Under the pieces are notes generated by a model, which was not told where the DNA came from, ran no database searches, and worked only from the letters and a program-made list of their open reading frames with translations. From the NCBI GenBank assembly GCA_965248755.1, contig OZ252149.1, positions 1,856,001 to 1,920,000 on the forward strand: a stretch of DNA of 64,000 nt. The letters are read 5' to 3'. The position numbers were made by a program, and so were the translations under genes. Below are positions 37,362 through 48,369 of this stretch, piece by piece. Position 1 is the first letter of the stretch. Each line of letters begins with the position of its first letter. Source of the DNA: Candidatus Latescibacterota bacterium. Lineage in GTDB: Bacteria; Latescibacterota; CBDEFO01.

Positions 37362-39929
37362 ATGCACAGGCCAGGCATTCTGTCAACTGTTGCGATAACC
37401 GCAGTAATACTATCAACCTTCATCTCTGAGAGGGACGCTATGGCAGCCACGGGAGGGAAAGAAGACGTGGAAAAAAAACTGGAGGTAGTGTTAGAACGGC
37501 TCAAGCACAAGCAAGGGTTACTGGCCCGCCCGGGGCCTTCGGAGAAGGAATGGGCGGTGGGACACGTGGGGCTGACGCTGGCACGGGGGGTGGCAGCCGA
37601 GGCTCTAAAAGAGGCTGAAGAAGGGAGATTCACAGAGGCGCTGTCAGCCGTCGAGTCGTGCGAGAAGCTCCTCGAGGCCAGTACGGACGAGGCCAAACTT
37701 ACGCAAGGAGGGGGTGTGTCGGTTGGAACGGTGCTGGGACACCCGTACATGGGCAATAAGAGGGCAGCTTACGTGTGGGCAAAGCCAGAAGACGGTGCGG
37801 GTCTCATGAGCATCTTCGACAGAGAAAGGTCGCGGGAACTCCTAACTCCAGATCCTACAAGCGCGGCGCTCTGGGAGGTCATGGTCACTGAGGATCCTCA
37901 AGAACTTTGCAGAGATAACATGAAGGAGGGCGACTCTGATACCTCTTTCTGGTCGTGGGACCTGATAATGAAGAGGTTATCCACTTTTTCAAACCAGGGG
38001 AGACCCTGCACGGTGAAATTCCACGCAGACGAGGCGGGAGGCCGACTGGTCTTCCGGTGGTCAAAGGACATAACTGTAGAGGTCGAGCAGCGCCTGGTTT
38101 CTGAAGAAGCCCTTCTGCGAGGAAGGATCGAGACACGCGCTAAGCAGAAGAAAACGGGACCCATGGTGGTTAATTTCCCGGTAGTGACCGGCATCAAACC
38201 GCTCACGCCGGATTCGATCGGAGACCAGATCCTGCACACGGGCAGATTCGGAGACCTGAAGCCGTCTCCGCTTACCAGCGGTAAGACGCCCGAGCACACG
38301 TCGTGCCCCCCCGCGATGCAGTTCACTGCGCTCTTTGGAGACGGGCAGGGCCTCTACTTCGCGGATCACGACGGCCAGGGCAACCGCAAGCTGCTTACAT
38401 GGACAGCCTACTCCGAAAAAGCCGGCGCCGGGTCAGCCTACTCCGAAAAAGCCTACTACGAAAAAGTCCACGCAGACGCAGACCTGCTCATGTTCTCGAT
38501 CGAGCATCCGGTCCCGGACTGGGGCAGCGATAAGCCGCCAAATGAGTATCGTTCCCCGGGAGATCTGGTCCTGGGACCGTTCCCCGGAGATTGGTACGAC
38601 GCAGCAAGGATATATCGGAAATGGGCGCTTACGGCTCCGTGGTGTGCCAAGGGTCCGATATACGAGCGGGCGGACTACCCGAAGTGGTTCCTGGAAGCGC
38701 CTTACTGGACGTTCGGCAACCTGGGCGCAGAAGAGGGCATAGAGGCGGCGCTCGAAAAGCAGGCCTTCTACGAGGTCCCCACGATGATCTCGCACGTCTA
38801 TAACTACTACTTTCCGATGCACCAGGACGACCGGTATCCCGAATACTTCCCGCCCAGGCTCGGTTCTGTGGGATTGAAAGAAACGGTCAAGCGCCTTCAG
38901 GAAAAGGGCATCAGGATCGTCCCCTACGTGAACGGCACGCTTGTGGACATGGATACCGACAGCTTTAGAATGGAGCACGCAGAGAGAGAGGGGGCGCTCT
39001 GGCTGACCCCCGACGCGGAAGTGAACATCACCACCCGCTACGGCGGCGGCGCCTCCATGATGAGGATGTGTCCGGGAAGCCCGCACTGGAGAAAGCAGAT
39101 GCTGGACGACACCCGCGAGCTGATCGGCAGATACGGGATGGACGGGATCTACGTAGACTTCCTCACCGACCATCTGTTAGACTGCTTCAACAAGGACCAC
39201 GGACACTCAATCTCCGGAGGAAACTTCTGGACCAAGGCGGTTCACGACCTCTACGAGGAGATGCACAAGGTCGGCAAGGAACTCAACCCCGACTTCATAC
39301 TCACAAGCGAGGGAGTGGGCGAATACTGCATAGACGTTCACGAGGTATTCTTCTGCAACGGGACGACGGGAAGCTCAGCGCCGCTCTTTCACGCCGTCTA
39401 TCACGGCTATTCCAACATCTACGGCGGAGTCTATGGCAAGACCGACCCTCTCCACGTGGGCCGCTGGTGGCTCATGGGGTCTCAGAACGGGTGGCACGGC
39501 GGCCATCTGGCGGCGGGCGCATACTACAGGGATCTCCTGAAGTGTCGATGGGAGTTCGGGACTCCCTACCTCGGATACGGAGAGATGCTCAGACCCCCGA
39601 AAATAGAGGGCGAACTCCCGGAGGTCTCATCGACAAGCGGTTACGGGACGATCACAGTGCCGGCCGTCGAGGGGAGCGCATGGAAGGCCCCCGACGGCAC
39701 GGTGGGCATATTCTTCCTCAACTATGACGAGGAGAAGGCGCACGACTTCGACTGGGCGGTAGATCTGGCTGAGACGGGGATAAATAAATCTAAGAAGCTC
39801 AGGATGTCCAGATGGACTCAAGCTTCCGGGCTGTCGCCGGTCAAGGAAGTCGAGGGAGGCAAACTGGCAGAGAAGATGAGGATCGAACCGTTGGGCACAA
39901 TTGCACTCAAGTTAGAAGTAATAGAGTAA
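37362..39929 (+). CDS. secreted DUF6259-like putative glycoside hydrolase, copy 1
   Basis: AGGAGG RBS, signal peptide; WYDAARIYRKWA, YPEYFP, DGIYVD, CFNKDHGH...GG, TSEGVGE TIM-barrel-type motifs. Confidence 0.65.
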   Translation: MHRPGILSTVAITAVILSTFISERDAMAATGGKEDVEKKLEVVLERLKHKQGLLARPGPSEKEWAVGHVGLTLARGVAAEALKEAEEGRFTEALSAVESCEKLLEASTDEAKLTQGGGVSVGTVLGHPYMGNKRAAYVWAKPEDGAGLMSIFDRERSRELLTPDPTSAALWEVMVTEDPQELCRDNMKEGDSDTSFWSWDLIMKRLSTFSNQGRPCTVKFHADEAGGRLVFRWSKDITVEVEQRLVSEEALLRGRIETRAKQKKTGPMVVNFPVVTGIKPLTPDSIGDQILHTGRFGDLKPSPLTSGKTPEHTSCPPAMQFTALFGDGQGLYFADHDGQGNRKLLTWTAYSEKAGAGSAYSEKAYYEKVHADADLLMFSIEHPVPDWGSDKPPNEYRSPGDLVLGPFPGDWYDAARIYRKWALTAPWCAKGPIYERADYPKWFLEAPYWTFGNLGAEEGIEAALEKQAFYEVPTMISHVYNYYFPMHQDDRYPEYFPPRLGSVGLKETVKRLQEKGIRIVPYVNGTLVDMDTDSFRMEHAEREGALWLTPDAEVNITTRYGGGASMMRMCPGSPHWRKQMLDDTRELIGRYGMDGIYVDFLTDHLLDCFNKDHGHSISGGNFWTKAVHDLYEEMHKVGKELNPDFILTSEGVGEYCIDVHEVFFCNGTTGSSAPLFHAVYHGYSNIYGGVYGKTDPLHVGRWWLMGSQNGWHGGHLAAGAYYRDLLKCRWEFGTPYLGYGEMLRPPKIEGELPEVSSTSGYGTITVPAVEGSAWKAPDGTVGIFFLNYDEEKAHDFDWAVDLAETGINKSKKLRMSRWTQASGLSPVKEVEGGKLAEKMRIEPLGTIALKLEVIE

Positions 39930-39962
39930 AAACGTAATCGCACTCAAGCTGGAGGTAATAGA

Positions 39963-40859
39963 GTGAAAACCAGGGCTCTCATAACGCTTCTATTTATCTT
40001 GCCGGGCATGTCGGCCCAGGCAGATTCCGAAGGAAAACAATCCATGAAAGCAGAACTGAGGACTCCCGATAGTTGCGTTGCGGCCAGCGGCGCCAAGGCA
40101 GGCGCAGACGGCTGGGCCGACCGCATAATCCACGAAAAGACCGGTATCGAGCTTGTCTTCATTCCGGCAGGCAGCTTTACGATGGGGTCGAGAGAGGCCA
40201 GACCCGTACACCCCGTAGATGTCAAAGAGCCTTTCTACATAGCTAAGACCGAGATCACAAACGCCCTTTACCGCAGCTTCCTGGATGCAACTTCTTACGA
40301 CGGAAAAGGGGATACCGACCCGGCCTACGACCTCTATCTTCGCCACTTTCGGGGAGAGAGTCTCATGTCCAAGGACGACGACTACCCGATCGTCTGGATA
40401 AGCTGGAACAACGCCGCCGCATACTGCAAATGGGCAGGACTGAAACTCCCTACTGAAGCCCAGTGGGAGTACGCCTGCCGCGCCGGTACCAGCACGGACT
40501 ACTACTTCGGCGAAGACGAGAAGGACGCCGGCGACTATGGGTGGTCCCATACCAACAGCGAAGCCCTGACCCACCCAGTAGCCCTTAAGAAGCCCAACGC
40601 CTGGGGCCTATACGACATGCACGGCAATGTCTGGGAATGGGTGGAGGACGATTTCGTGGGCGGCTACGAGGGCGCGCCTGTTGACGGCTCCGCGCGCATA
40701 GAGGGCACGATGACCAAGGCGCTGCGAGGGGGGTCGTGGAGCAACAATACCTGGTTCTATGTGTTCGGCAGCTCGGGACGCTTTAACAGCGCCCCCGGTA
40801 ACGCCTCAAACGATGTGGGATTCAGAGTTTCCCTGCCCATCAGCACGCCTGCGCATTAG
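39963..40859 (+). CDS. secreted FGE-sulfatase/SUMF1-domain (CLec-fold) protein, copy 1
   Basis: IPAGSFTMGS, LPTEAQWEYACRAG, PNAWGLYDMHGNVWEW, RGGSW, GFRV. Confidence 0.9.
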   Translation: MKTRALITLLFILPGMSAQADSEGKQSMKAELRTPDSCVAASGAKAGADGWADRIIHEKTGIELVFIPAGSFTMGSREARPVHPVDVKEPFYIAKTEITNALYRSFLDATSYDGKGDTDPAYDLYLRHFRGESLMSKDDDYPIVWISWNNAAAYCKWAGLKLPTEAQWEYACRAGTSTDYYFGEDEKDAGDYGWSHTNSEALTHPVALKKPNAWGLYDMHGNVWEWVEDDFVGGYEGAPVDGSARIEGTMTKALRGGSWSNNTWFYVFGSSGRFNSAPGNASNDVGFRVSLPISTPAH

Positions 40860-41120
40860 GTGCGTCCAGTTCATAATGACCCAAACTGAGTAACACCTCA
40901 ATGTAGGGGCGATCCCCGATTGACTCAAGCGACGTCCAGTCGCCCCAGGGCAGTCCCGTGTGTCTGCTACCCCCCCTTCATTTCCCCCTTATTAAGGGGG
41001 GATACGGAGGGGTTCGCCCCTCTTCGTCATTACGAGGCTACCTACCCCCGAATTCTGACGCCTACAGAGTAGGCGCTGATTCTATCGGGGACCTACTGTC
41101 TACCAAAAAAGGAGGACCTG

Positions 41121-43625
41121 ATGCACAGGCCAGGCATTCTGTCAATTGTTGCGATAACCGCAGTAATACTATCAACCTGCATGTCTAAGAAGGACGCCAT
41201 CGTAGCCACCGGAGGCAAAGCAGACGTGGAAAACAAGCTGGAGTTGGTGTTAAAACGGCTCAAGCACAAGGAAGGGTTACTGGCCCTGCCTGCGCTTTCG
41301 GAGAAGGCATGGGCGGTGGGACACGTCGGGCTGACGCTGGCACGGGGAAAGGCCGCCGAGGCTCAAAAAGAGGTTGCAGCAGGGAGATTTAAAGAGGCCC
41401 TGTCAGCCGTCGAGTCGTGCGAGAAGCTCCTCGACGCCAGTACGGACAAGGCGAAACTTATGCGTGGAGGGGGTGTGTCGGTTGGAACGGTGCTGGGACA
41501 CCCGTACATGGGCAATAAGAGGGCGGCTTACGTCTGGGCAAAGCCCGAAAACGGCGCGGGTCTCATGAGCATCTTCGACAGAGAAAGCGCGCGGGAACTC
41601 CTGACTGCAGCGCCTGAAAGTGCAACGTTCTGGGAGGTCATCGTCAAGAACGGCGCACCCCAGATAGAGTCATTCGCCGCCAACATCTCTTTTACAAACC
41701 AGGGGAGGCCCTGCAAGGTGAAATTCCACGCAGACGAGGCGGGAGGGCGACTGACCTTCCAGTGGTCAAAGGACATTGCCGTGGACGTGGAAACCCGCCT
41801 GCTTGCTGAAGAGGCCCTTCTGCGGGGAAGGCTCGAGGCGACCCATAAGAAAGGACTCATTTCGGTTGCCTTCCCGGTGGTGAACGGCATCAAACCGCTC
41901 ACGCCGGATTCGAGTCGAGACCAGATCCTGGACGCGGGAAAATTAGGAGACCTCAAGCCGTCTCCGCTTGTCAGCGGCAAGACGCCTGACTACACGGGGT
42001 GCCCCCCCGCGATGCAGTTCACTGCGCTCTTTGGAGACGGGCAGGGCCTCTACTTCGCCGAAGAGGACGGCCAGGCCAACCGCAAGCTGCTTACATGGAC
42101 GGCCTACTCCGGGCAAGACGGCAGCGGGTCAGCCTTCTCCGAAAAAGCCTACTACGAAAAAGCCGACGCAGAGGCAGACTTACTCATGTTCTCGATTGAG
42201 CATTGGGTCCCGGGCTGGGGCAGCGAGAAGCTGTCAAAAGAGTATCGTTCCCCGGGCGATCTGGTCCTGGGTCCGTTCCGTGGAGACTGGTACGACGCTG
42301 CAAGGATATATCGTAAATGGGCGCTTACGGCGCCTTGGTGCGCCAAGGGTCCGATATACGAGCGGGCCGACTACCCGAAGTGGTTCGCCGAAGCGCCGAA
42401 CTGGACGCTCGGCGGCTTAGGCGATGAAAGGGGCGTGGAGGCGGCTCTCGAAAAGCACGACTTCTACGAGGTCCCGACGATGATCTCGCATGTCTATAAT
42501 TACTACTTCGCGATGCACCAGGACGACCGGTATCCCGATAACTTCCCGCCCAGGCTCGGTTCTGTGGGATTGAAAAAAGTGGTCAAGCGCCTTCAGGCAA
42601 AGGGCATCAGGATCGTCCCCTACGTGAACGGCACGCTTGTGGACATGGATACCGACAGCTTTAGAATGGAGCACGCACAGAGAGAGGGTGCGGCCTGGCT
42701 GACGCCGGAGGCGGAACCGAACATCACCACCCGCTACGGCGGCGGCGCCTCCATGATGAGGATGTGTCCGGGAAGCCCGTACTGGAGAAAGCAGATGCTG
42801 GACGACGTCCGCGAGCTGATCGGCAGATACGGGATGGACGGGATCTACGTAGACTTCCTCACTGACCATATGGTAGACTGCTATAACAAGGCCCACGGAC
42901 ACGCGATCAGCGGAGGAAACTTCTGGGCCAAGGCGGTTCACGACCTCTACGCCCAGATGCAAGAGGTCGCCAAGGAACTCAACCCCGACTTCATACTCAC
43001 AAGCGAGGGCGTGGGCGAATACTGCATAGACGTAAACGAGACATTCCTCAGCAGCCAGACGACGCACACCCCTGCGCCCCTCTTCCACGCTGTCTATCAC
43101 GGCTATTCTAACCTCTACGGCGGAGTCTACGGCAAGACTGACCCTCTCTACGTAGGCCGCTGGTGGCTCATGGGGTCTCAGAACGGGTGGCACGGCGGCC
43201 ATCTGGCGGCGGGCACATACTACAGGGATCTCCTGAAGTGCCGGTGGGAGTTCGGCACTCCCTACCTCGGATACGGAGAGATGCTCAGACCCCCGAAAAT
43301 AGACGGCGGACTACCGACAGTCTCAGGGAAAACCGGGTACGGGTCATTCACAGTGCAGGTCGTCGAGGGGAGCGCATGGAAGGCCCCCGACGGCACGGTG
43401 GGCATATTCTTCCTCAACTACGACGAGGAGAACGCACACGACTTCAACTGGTCTGTCGATCTGGCCGAGACGGGGATAGATAAATCTAAGAAGCTCAGGA
43501 TGTCCAGATGGACTCAAGCTTCCGGACTGTCGCCGGTCAAGGAAGTCGAGGGAGGCAAACTAACGGAGAAGATGCGGATCGAACCGTTGGGAACAATTGC
43601 ACTCAAGCTGGAGGTAATACAGTGA
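41121..43625 (+). CDS. secreted DUF6259-like putative glycoside hydrolase, copy 2
   Basis: Colinear paralogue of 37362-39929. Confidence 0.65.
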   Translation: MHRPGILSIVAITAVILSTCMSKKDAIVATGGKADVENKLELVLKRLKHKEGLLALPALSEKAWAVGHVGLTLARGKAAEAQKEVAAGRFKEALSAVESCEKLLDASTDKAKLMRGGGVSVGTVLGHPYMGNKRAAYVWAKPENGAGLMSIFDRESARELLTAAPESATFWEVIVKNGAPQIESFAANISFTNQGRPCKVKFHADEAGGRLTFQWSKDIAVDVETRLLAEEALLRGRLEATHKKGLISVAFPVVNGIKPLTPDSSRDQILDAGKLGDLKPSPLVSGKTPDYTGCPPAMQFTALFGDGQGLYFAEEDGQANRKLLTWTAYSGQDGSGSAFSEKAYYEKADAEADLLMFSIEHWVPGWGSEKLSKEYRSPGDLVLGPFRGDWYDAARIYRKWALTAPWCAKGPIYERADYPKWFAEAPNWTLGGLGDERGVEAALEKHDFYEVPTMISHVYNYYFAMHQDDRYPDNFPPRLGSVGLKKVVKRLQAKGIRIVPYVNGTLVDMDTDSFRMEHAQREGAAWLTPEAEPNITTRYGGGASMMRMCPGSPYWRKQMLDDVRELIGRYGMDGIYVDFLTDHMVDCYNKAHGHAISGGNFWAKAVHDLYAQMQEVAKELNPDFILTSEGVGEYCIDVNETFLSSQTTHTPAPLFHAVYHGYSNLYGGVYGKTDPLYVGRWWLMGSQNGWHGGHLAAGTYYRDLLKCRWEFGTPYLGYGEMLRPPKIDGGLPTVSGKTGYGSFTVQVVEGSAWKAPDGTVGIFFLNYDEENAHDFNWSVDLAETGIDKSKKLRMSRWTQASGLSPVKEVEGGKLTEKMRIEPLGTIALKLEVIQ

Positions 43626-44530
43626 GAACGAAGGCTCTCGTAACTCTTATGTATATCTTGACGGGCATGGCGGTGCAGGCAGATTCCGAAGGAAACAAAT
43701 CCATGAAAGTAGAACTGAAGACTCCCGATAATTGCGTTGCGGCCAGCGGCGCCGTGGCAGGCGCAGACGGTTGGGCCGACCGCATCATCCACGAGAAGAC
43801 CGGCATCCAGCTTGTCTTCATTCCGGCAGGCAGCTTTATGATGGGTTCAAGGCAGCCCAGAGGTGGAAACTTCCCCCAACATGCGGTAGATGTCAAAGAG
43901 CCGTTTTATATAGGTAAGACCCAGGTCACAAACGCCGCTTACCGCATCTTCCTGGATGCAACTTCTTACGACGGGAAAGGGGATACCGACCCAGCCTACG
44001 ACCTATATCTTCGCCACTTTCGGGGAAAGAGTCTCATGTCCAAGGACGATGACTACCCGATCGTGTGGGTAAGCTGGAACAACGCCGCCGCATTCTGCAA
44101 ATGGGCGGGACTGAAACTCCCTACTGAAGCCCAGTGGGAGTACGCCTGCCGCGCCGGTACCACCACACCCTACTACTTCGGCCAAGACGAGAAGAACGCC
44201 GGCGACTATGGGTGGTCCCATACCAACAGCGAAGCCCTGACCCACCCTGTAGCCCTGAAGAAGCCCAACGCCTGGGGCCTTTACGACATGCACGGCAATG
44301 TCTGGGAATGGGTGGAGGACGATTTCGTGGGCAGCTACGACGGCGCGCCTGTTGACGGCTCCGCGCGCATAGAGGGCATGATGACCAAGGCGCTGCGAGG
44401 GGGGTCGTGGAGCAACAATACCTGGTTCTATGTGTTCGGCAGCTCGGGACGCTTTAACAGCGCCCCCGGTAACGCCTCAAACGATGTGGGATTCAGAGTT
44501 TCCCTGCCCATCAGCACGCCTGCGCATTAG
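43622..44530 (+). CDS. secreted FGE-sulfatase/SUMF1-domain protein, copy 2
   Basis: GTG overlapping the upstream TGA; same motifs. Confidence 0.9.
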   Translation: MRTKALVTLMYILTGMAVQADSEGNKSMKVELKTPDNCVAASGAVAGADGWADRIIHEKTGIQLVFIPAGSFMMGSRQPRGGNFPQHAVDVKEPFYIGKTQVTNAAYRIFLDATSYDGKGDTDPAYDLYLRHFRGKSLMSKDDDYPIVWVSWNNAAAFCKWAGLKLPTEAQWEYACRAGTTTPYYFGQDEKNAGDYGWSHTNSEALTHPVALKKPNAWGLYDMHGNVWEWVEDDFVGSYDGAPVDGSARIEGMMTKALRGGSWSNNTWFYVFGSSGRFNSAPGNASNDVGFRVSLPISTPAH

Positions 44531-44659
44531 GTGCGTCCAGTTCATAATGACCCAAAGTAACTAACGTTATTGGGAGGCTACCTAACCCCGAATTCTGACG
44601 CCTGCAACGCAGGCGCTGACTCTATCGGGGGCCGCCGTCCACTAAAAAAGGAGGACCTG

Positions 44660-47185
44660 ATGCACAGGCCAGGAATTCTGTCAACTATTGCGATAACCGC
44701 AGTAGTACTATCAACCTTCGTCTCTGAGAAGGACGCCATGGCCGTCGCCACCGGCAAAGCAGCAGTGGAAAAGAAGCTGGAGTTGGTGTTAAAACGGCTC
44801 AAGCACAAGCAAGGGTTACTGGCCCGTCCGGGCCCATCGGAGAAGGCATGGGCGGTGGGACACGTGGGGCTGACGCTGGCACGGGGGGTGGCAAAAGAGG
44901 CTCAAAAAGAGGCTGAAGCAGGGAGATTCACAGAAGCGCTGTCATCCGTCGAGTCTTGCGAGAAGCTCCTCGACGCCAGCACGGACAAGGCAAAACTCAT
45001 GCAAGGAGGGGGTGTGTCGGTGGGAACGGTGCTGGGACACCCGTACATGGGCAATAAGATGGCAGCTTACGTCTGGGCAAAGCCCGAAGACGGCGCGGGT
45101 CTCATGAGCATCTTCGACAGAGAAAGATCGCGGGAACTCCTAACTCCAGATCCTACAAGCGCGGCGTTCTGGGAGGTCATCGTCAAGGACGGCGCGCGCC
45201 CGAATGATGATATCGGGGCCGGAACCTCTTTTTCAAACCAGGGGAGACCCTGCAAGGTGAAATTCCACGCAGACGATGCGGGAGGACGAATGATCTTCCG
45301 ATGGTCAAAGGGGATAACTGTAGAGGTCGAGCAGCGCCTGGACGCCGAAGAGGCCCTTCTGCGGGGAAGGCTCGAGGCCACCCATAAGAAAGGACTAATT
45401 TCGGTTATGTTCCCGGTGGTGAACGGCATCAAACCGCTCACGCCGGATTCGGTGGGAGACCAGATCCTGTACACGGGGAGATTCGGAGACCTGAAGCCGT
45501 CTCCGTTTACCAGCGGCGAGACGCCCCACTATACGGGGTGCCCGCCTGCGATGCAGTTCACGGCACTCACAGGTGACGGGCAGGGCCTCTACTTTGCCGA
45601 AGAGGATGGCCAGGTCAACCGCAAGCTGCTTACATGGAGAGCCTACTCCGGGCGTGCCGGCGCCGGGACAGCCTACTCCGAAAAAGCCGACAGCCCATCG
45701 CGTCGTCCGATCTCCGGGGAAACCGATCCAGACGCAGACTTACTCATGTTCTCGATCGAGCATTACGTTTTAGGCTGGGGCAGCGAGAAGCCGTCAAAAG
45801 AGTATCGTTCCCCCGGCGATCTGGTGCTGGGACCGTTTTCCGGAGACTGGTACGACGCTGCAAGGATATATCGGAAATGGGCGCTTACGGCGCCGTGGTG
45901 TGCCAAGGGTCCGATATACGAGCGGGCGGACTACCCGAAGTGGTTCCTGGAAGCGCCCTACTGGACGTTCGGCGACCTAGGCGATGAAAGGGGCATAGAG
46001 GAGGCGCTCGAAAAGCAGGCCTTCTACGAGGTCCCCACGATGATCTCGCACGTCTATAACTACTACTTTCCGATGCACCAGGACGACCGGTATCCCGAAT
46101 ACTTCCCGCCCAGGCTCGGTTCTGTGGGATTGAAAGAAACGGTGGTGCGCCTTCAAGAAAAGGGCATCAGGATCGTCCCCTACGTGAACGGCACGCTTGT
46201 GGACATGGATACCGACAGCTTCAGGATGGAAAACGCAGAGAGAGAGGGGGCGCTCTGGCTGAACCCGGAGGCGGAACCGAACACCACGATCCGCTACGGC
46301 GGCGGCGCCTCCATGATGAGGATGTGCCCGGGAAGCCCGTACTGGAGAAAGCAGATGCTGGACGACACCCGCGAGCTGATCGGCAGATACGGGATGGACG
46401 GGATCTACGTAGACTTCCTCACCGACCATATGTTAGACTGCTACAACAAGGCCCACGGACACGCAATCACCGGAGGAACTTTCTGGACCAAGGCGGTTCA
46501 CGACCTCTACGAAGAGATGCACAAGGTCGGCAAGGAACTCAACCCCGACTTCATACTCACAAGCGAGGGAGTGGGCGAATACGTCATAGACGTACACGAG
46601 ACGTTCTTCTGCAACGGGACGACGGGCAGTCAAGCCCCCCTCTTCCACGCCGTCTATCACGGCTATTCTAACATCTACGGCGGATGCTATGGCAAGACCG
46701 ATCCTCTCCACGTGGGCCGCTGGTGGCTCATGGGATCTCAGAACGGCTGGCACGGCGGCCATCTGAGGGCGGGCACATACTACAGGGATCTCCTGAAGTG
46801 CCGGTGGGAGTTCGGCACTCCCTACCTCGGATACGGAGAGATGCTCAGACCCCCGAAAATAGGGGGCGGACTCCCGACAGTCTCAAGCACAAGCGGTTAC
46901 GGGACAATCACAGTGCCAGCAGTTGAAGGGAGCGCATGGAAGGCCCCCGACGGCACGGTGGGCATATTCTTTCTCAACTATGACGAGGAGAAGCCGCACG
47001 ACTTCAACTGGGCGGTGGATCTAGCTGAGACAGGGATAGACAAATATAAGAAGCTCAGGATGTCCAGATGGACTCAAGCTTCCGGGCTGTCGCTGATCAA
47101 GGAAGTCGAGGGAGGCAAACTGGCAGAGAAGATGAGGATCGAACCGTTGGGAACAATTGCACTCAAGCTGGAGGTAATACAGTGA
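44660..47185 (+). CDS. secreted DUF6259-like putative glycoside hydrolase, copy 3
   Basis: Colinear paralogue; AGGAGG RBS before MHRPG. Confidence 0.65.
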   Translation: MHRPGILSTIAITAVVLSTFVSEKDAMAVATGKAAVEKKLELVLKRLKHKQGLLARPGPSEKAWAVGHVGLTLARGVAKEAQKEAEAGRFTEALSSVESCEKLLDASTDKAKLMQGGGVSVGTVLGHPYMGNKMAAYVWAKPEDGAGLMSIFDRERSRELLTPDPTSAAFWEVIVKDGARPNDDIGAGTSFSNQGRPCKVKFHADDAGGRMIFRWSKGITVEVEQRLDAEEALLRGRLEATHKKGLISVMFPVVNGIKPLTPDSVGDQILYTGRFGDLKPSPFTSGETPHYTGCPPAMQFTALTGDGQGLYFAEEDGQVNRKLLTWRAYSGRAGAGTAYSEKADSPSRRPISGETDPDADLLMFSIEHYVLGWGSEKPSKEYRSPGDLVLGPFSGDWYDAARIYRKWALTAPWCAKGPIYERADYPKWFLEAPYWTFGDLGDERGIEEALEKQAFYEVPTMISHVYNYYFPMHQDDRYPEYFPPRLGSVGLKETVVRLQEKGIRIVPYVNGTLVDMDTDSFRMENAEREGALWLNPEAEPNTTIRYGGGASMMRMCPGSPYWRKQMLDDTRELIGRYGMDGIYVDFLTDHMLDCYNKAHGHAITGGTFWTKAVHDLYEEMHKVGKELNPDFILTSEGVGEYVIDVHETFFCNGTTGSQAPLFHAVYHGYSNIYGGCYGKTDPLHVGRWWLMGSQNGWHGGHLRAGTYYRDLLKCRWEFGTPYLGYGEMLRPPKIGGGLPTVSSTSGYGTITVPAVEGSAWKAPDGTVGIFFLNYDEEKPHDFNWAVDLAETGIDKYKKLRMSRWTQASGLSLIKEVEGGKLAEKMRIEPLGTIALKLEVIQ

Positions 47186-48081
47186 GAACGAAGGCTCTCG
47201 TAACTCTTATGTATATCTTGACGGGCATGGCGGTGCAGGCAGATTCCGAAGGAAACAAATCCATGAAAGTAGAACTGAAGACTCCCGATAATTGCGTTGC
47301 GGCCAGCGGCGCCGTGGCAGGCGCAGACGGTTGGGCCGACCGCATCATCCACGAAAAGACCGGTATCGAGCTTGTCTTCATTCCGGCAGGCAGCTTTACG
47401 ATGGGGTCGAGAGAGGCCAGACCCGTACACCCCGTAGATGTCAAAGAGCCTTTCTACATAGCTAAGACCGAGATCACAAACGCCCTTTACCGCAGCTTCC
47501 TGGATGCATCCCATTACGACGGGAAAGGGGATACCGACCCGGCCTACGACCTCTATCTTCGCCACTTTCGGGGAAAGAGTCTCATGTCCAGCGACGACGA
47601 CTACCCGGTCGTGTGGGTAAGCTGGAATAACGCCAAGGCCTTCTGCAGTTGGGCGGGACTGAAACTCCCTACTGAAGCCCAGTGGGAGTACGCCTGCCGC
47701 GCCGGCACCACCACACCCTACTACTTCGGCGAAGACGACAAGAACGCCGGCGACTATGGGTGGTCCCATACGAACAGCGAAGCCCTGACCCACCCAGTAG
47801 CCCTGAAGAAGCCCAACGCCTGGGGCCTTTATGACATGCACGGCAATGTCTGGGAATGGGTGGAGGACGATTTCGTGGGGAACTACGATGGCGCCCCTGT
47901 TGACGGCTCCGCGCGCATAGAGGGCAAGATGACGAAGGCCCTGCGGGGAGGATCGTGGAGCAACAATACCTGGGACTATGTGTTCGGCAGCTCGGGACGC
48001 TTTAACACGGCCCCCGGTAACGCCTCAAACGATGTGGGATTCAGAGTGGCTCTACCCATCAGCACGCCTCCACACAAATAG
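47182..48081 (+). CDS. secreted FGE-sulfatase/SUMF1-domain protein, copy 3
   Basis: GTG overlapping the upstream TGA; same motifs. Confidence 0.9.
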   Translation: MRTKALVTLMYILTGMAVQADSEGNKSMKVELKTPDNCVAASGAVAGADGWADRIIHEKTGIELVFIPAGSFTMGSREARPVHPVDVKEPFYIAKTEITNALYRSFLDASHYDGKGDTDPAYDLYLRHFRGKSLMSSDDDYPVVWVSWNNAKAFCSWAGLKLPTEAQWEYACRAGTTTPYYFGEDDKNAGDYGWSHTNSEALTHPVALKKPNAWGLYDMHGNVWEWVEDDFVGNYDGAPVDGSARIEGKMTKALRGGSWSNNTWDYVFGSSGRFNTAPGNASNDVGFRVALPISTPPHK

Positions 48082-48369
48082 CGTCCCTCCCGAAGCAATC
48101 TTCGGATATAACTGACAGATTGTAGGGGCGATCCCCGATTGACTCAATCGACGTCCACTCGCCCCGGGGCAGACACACGGGTCTGCCCCTACAACACATG
48201 TATATAGGACGAACCTATGTGTTCGCCCAGATAGACAAATCATCGCCTCTGAACGCCTCAGCCATTGCGAGGCTACCTACCCCCGAATTCTGACGCCTAC
48301 AGAGTAGGCGCTAATTCTATCGGGGGTTACTGTTTACTGTCTTGCCGTCCACTAAAAAAGGAGGACCTG

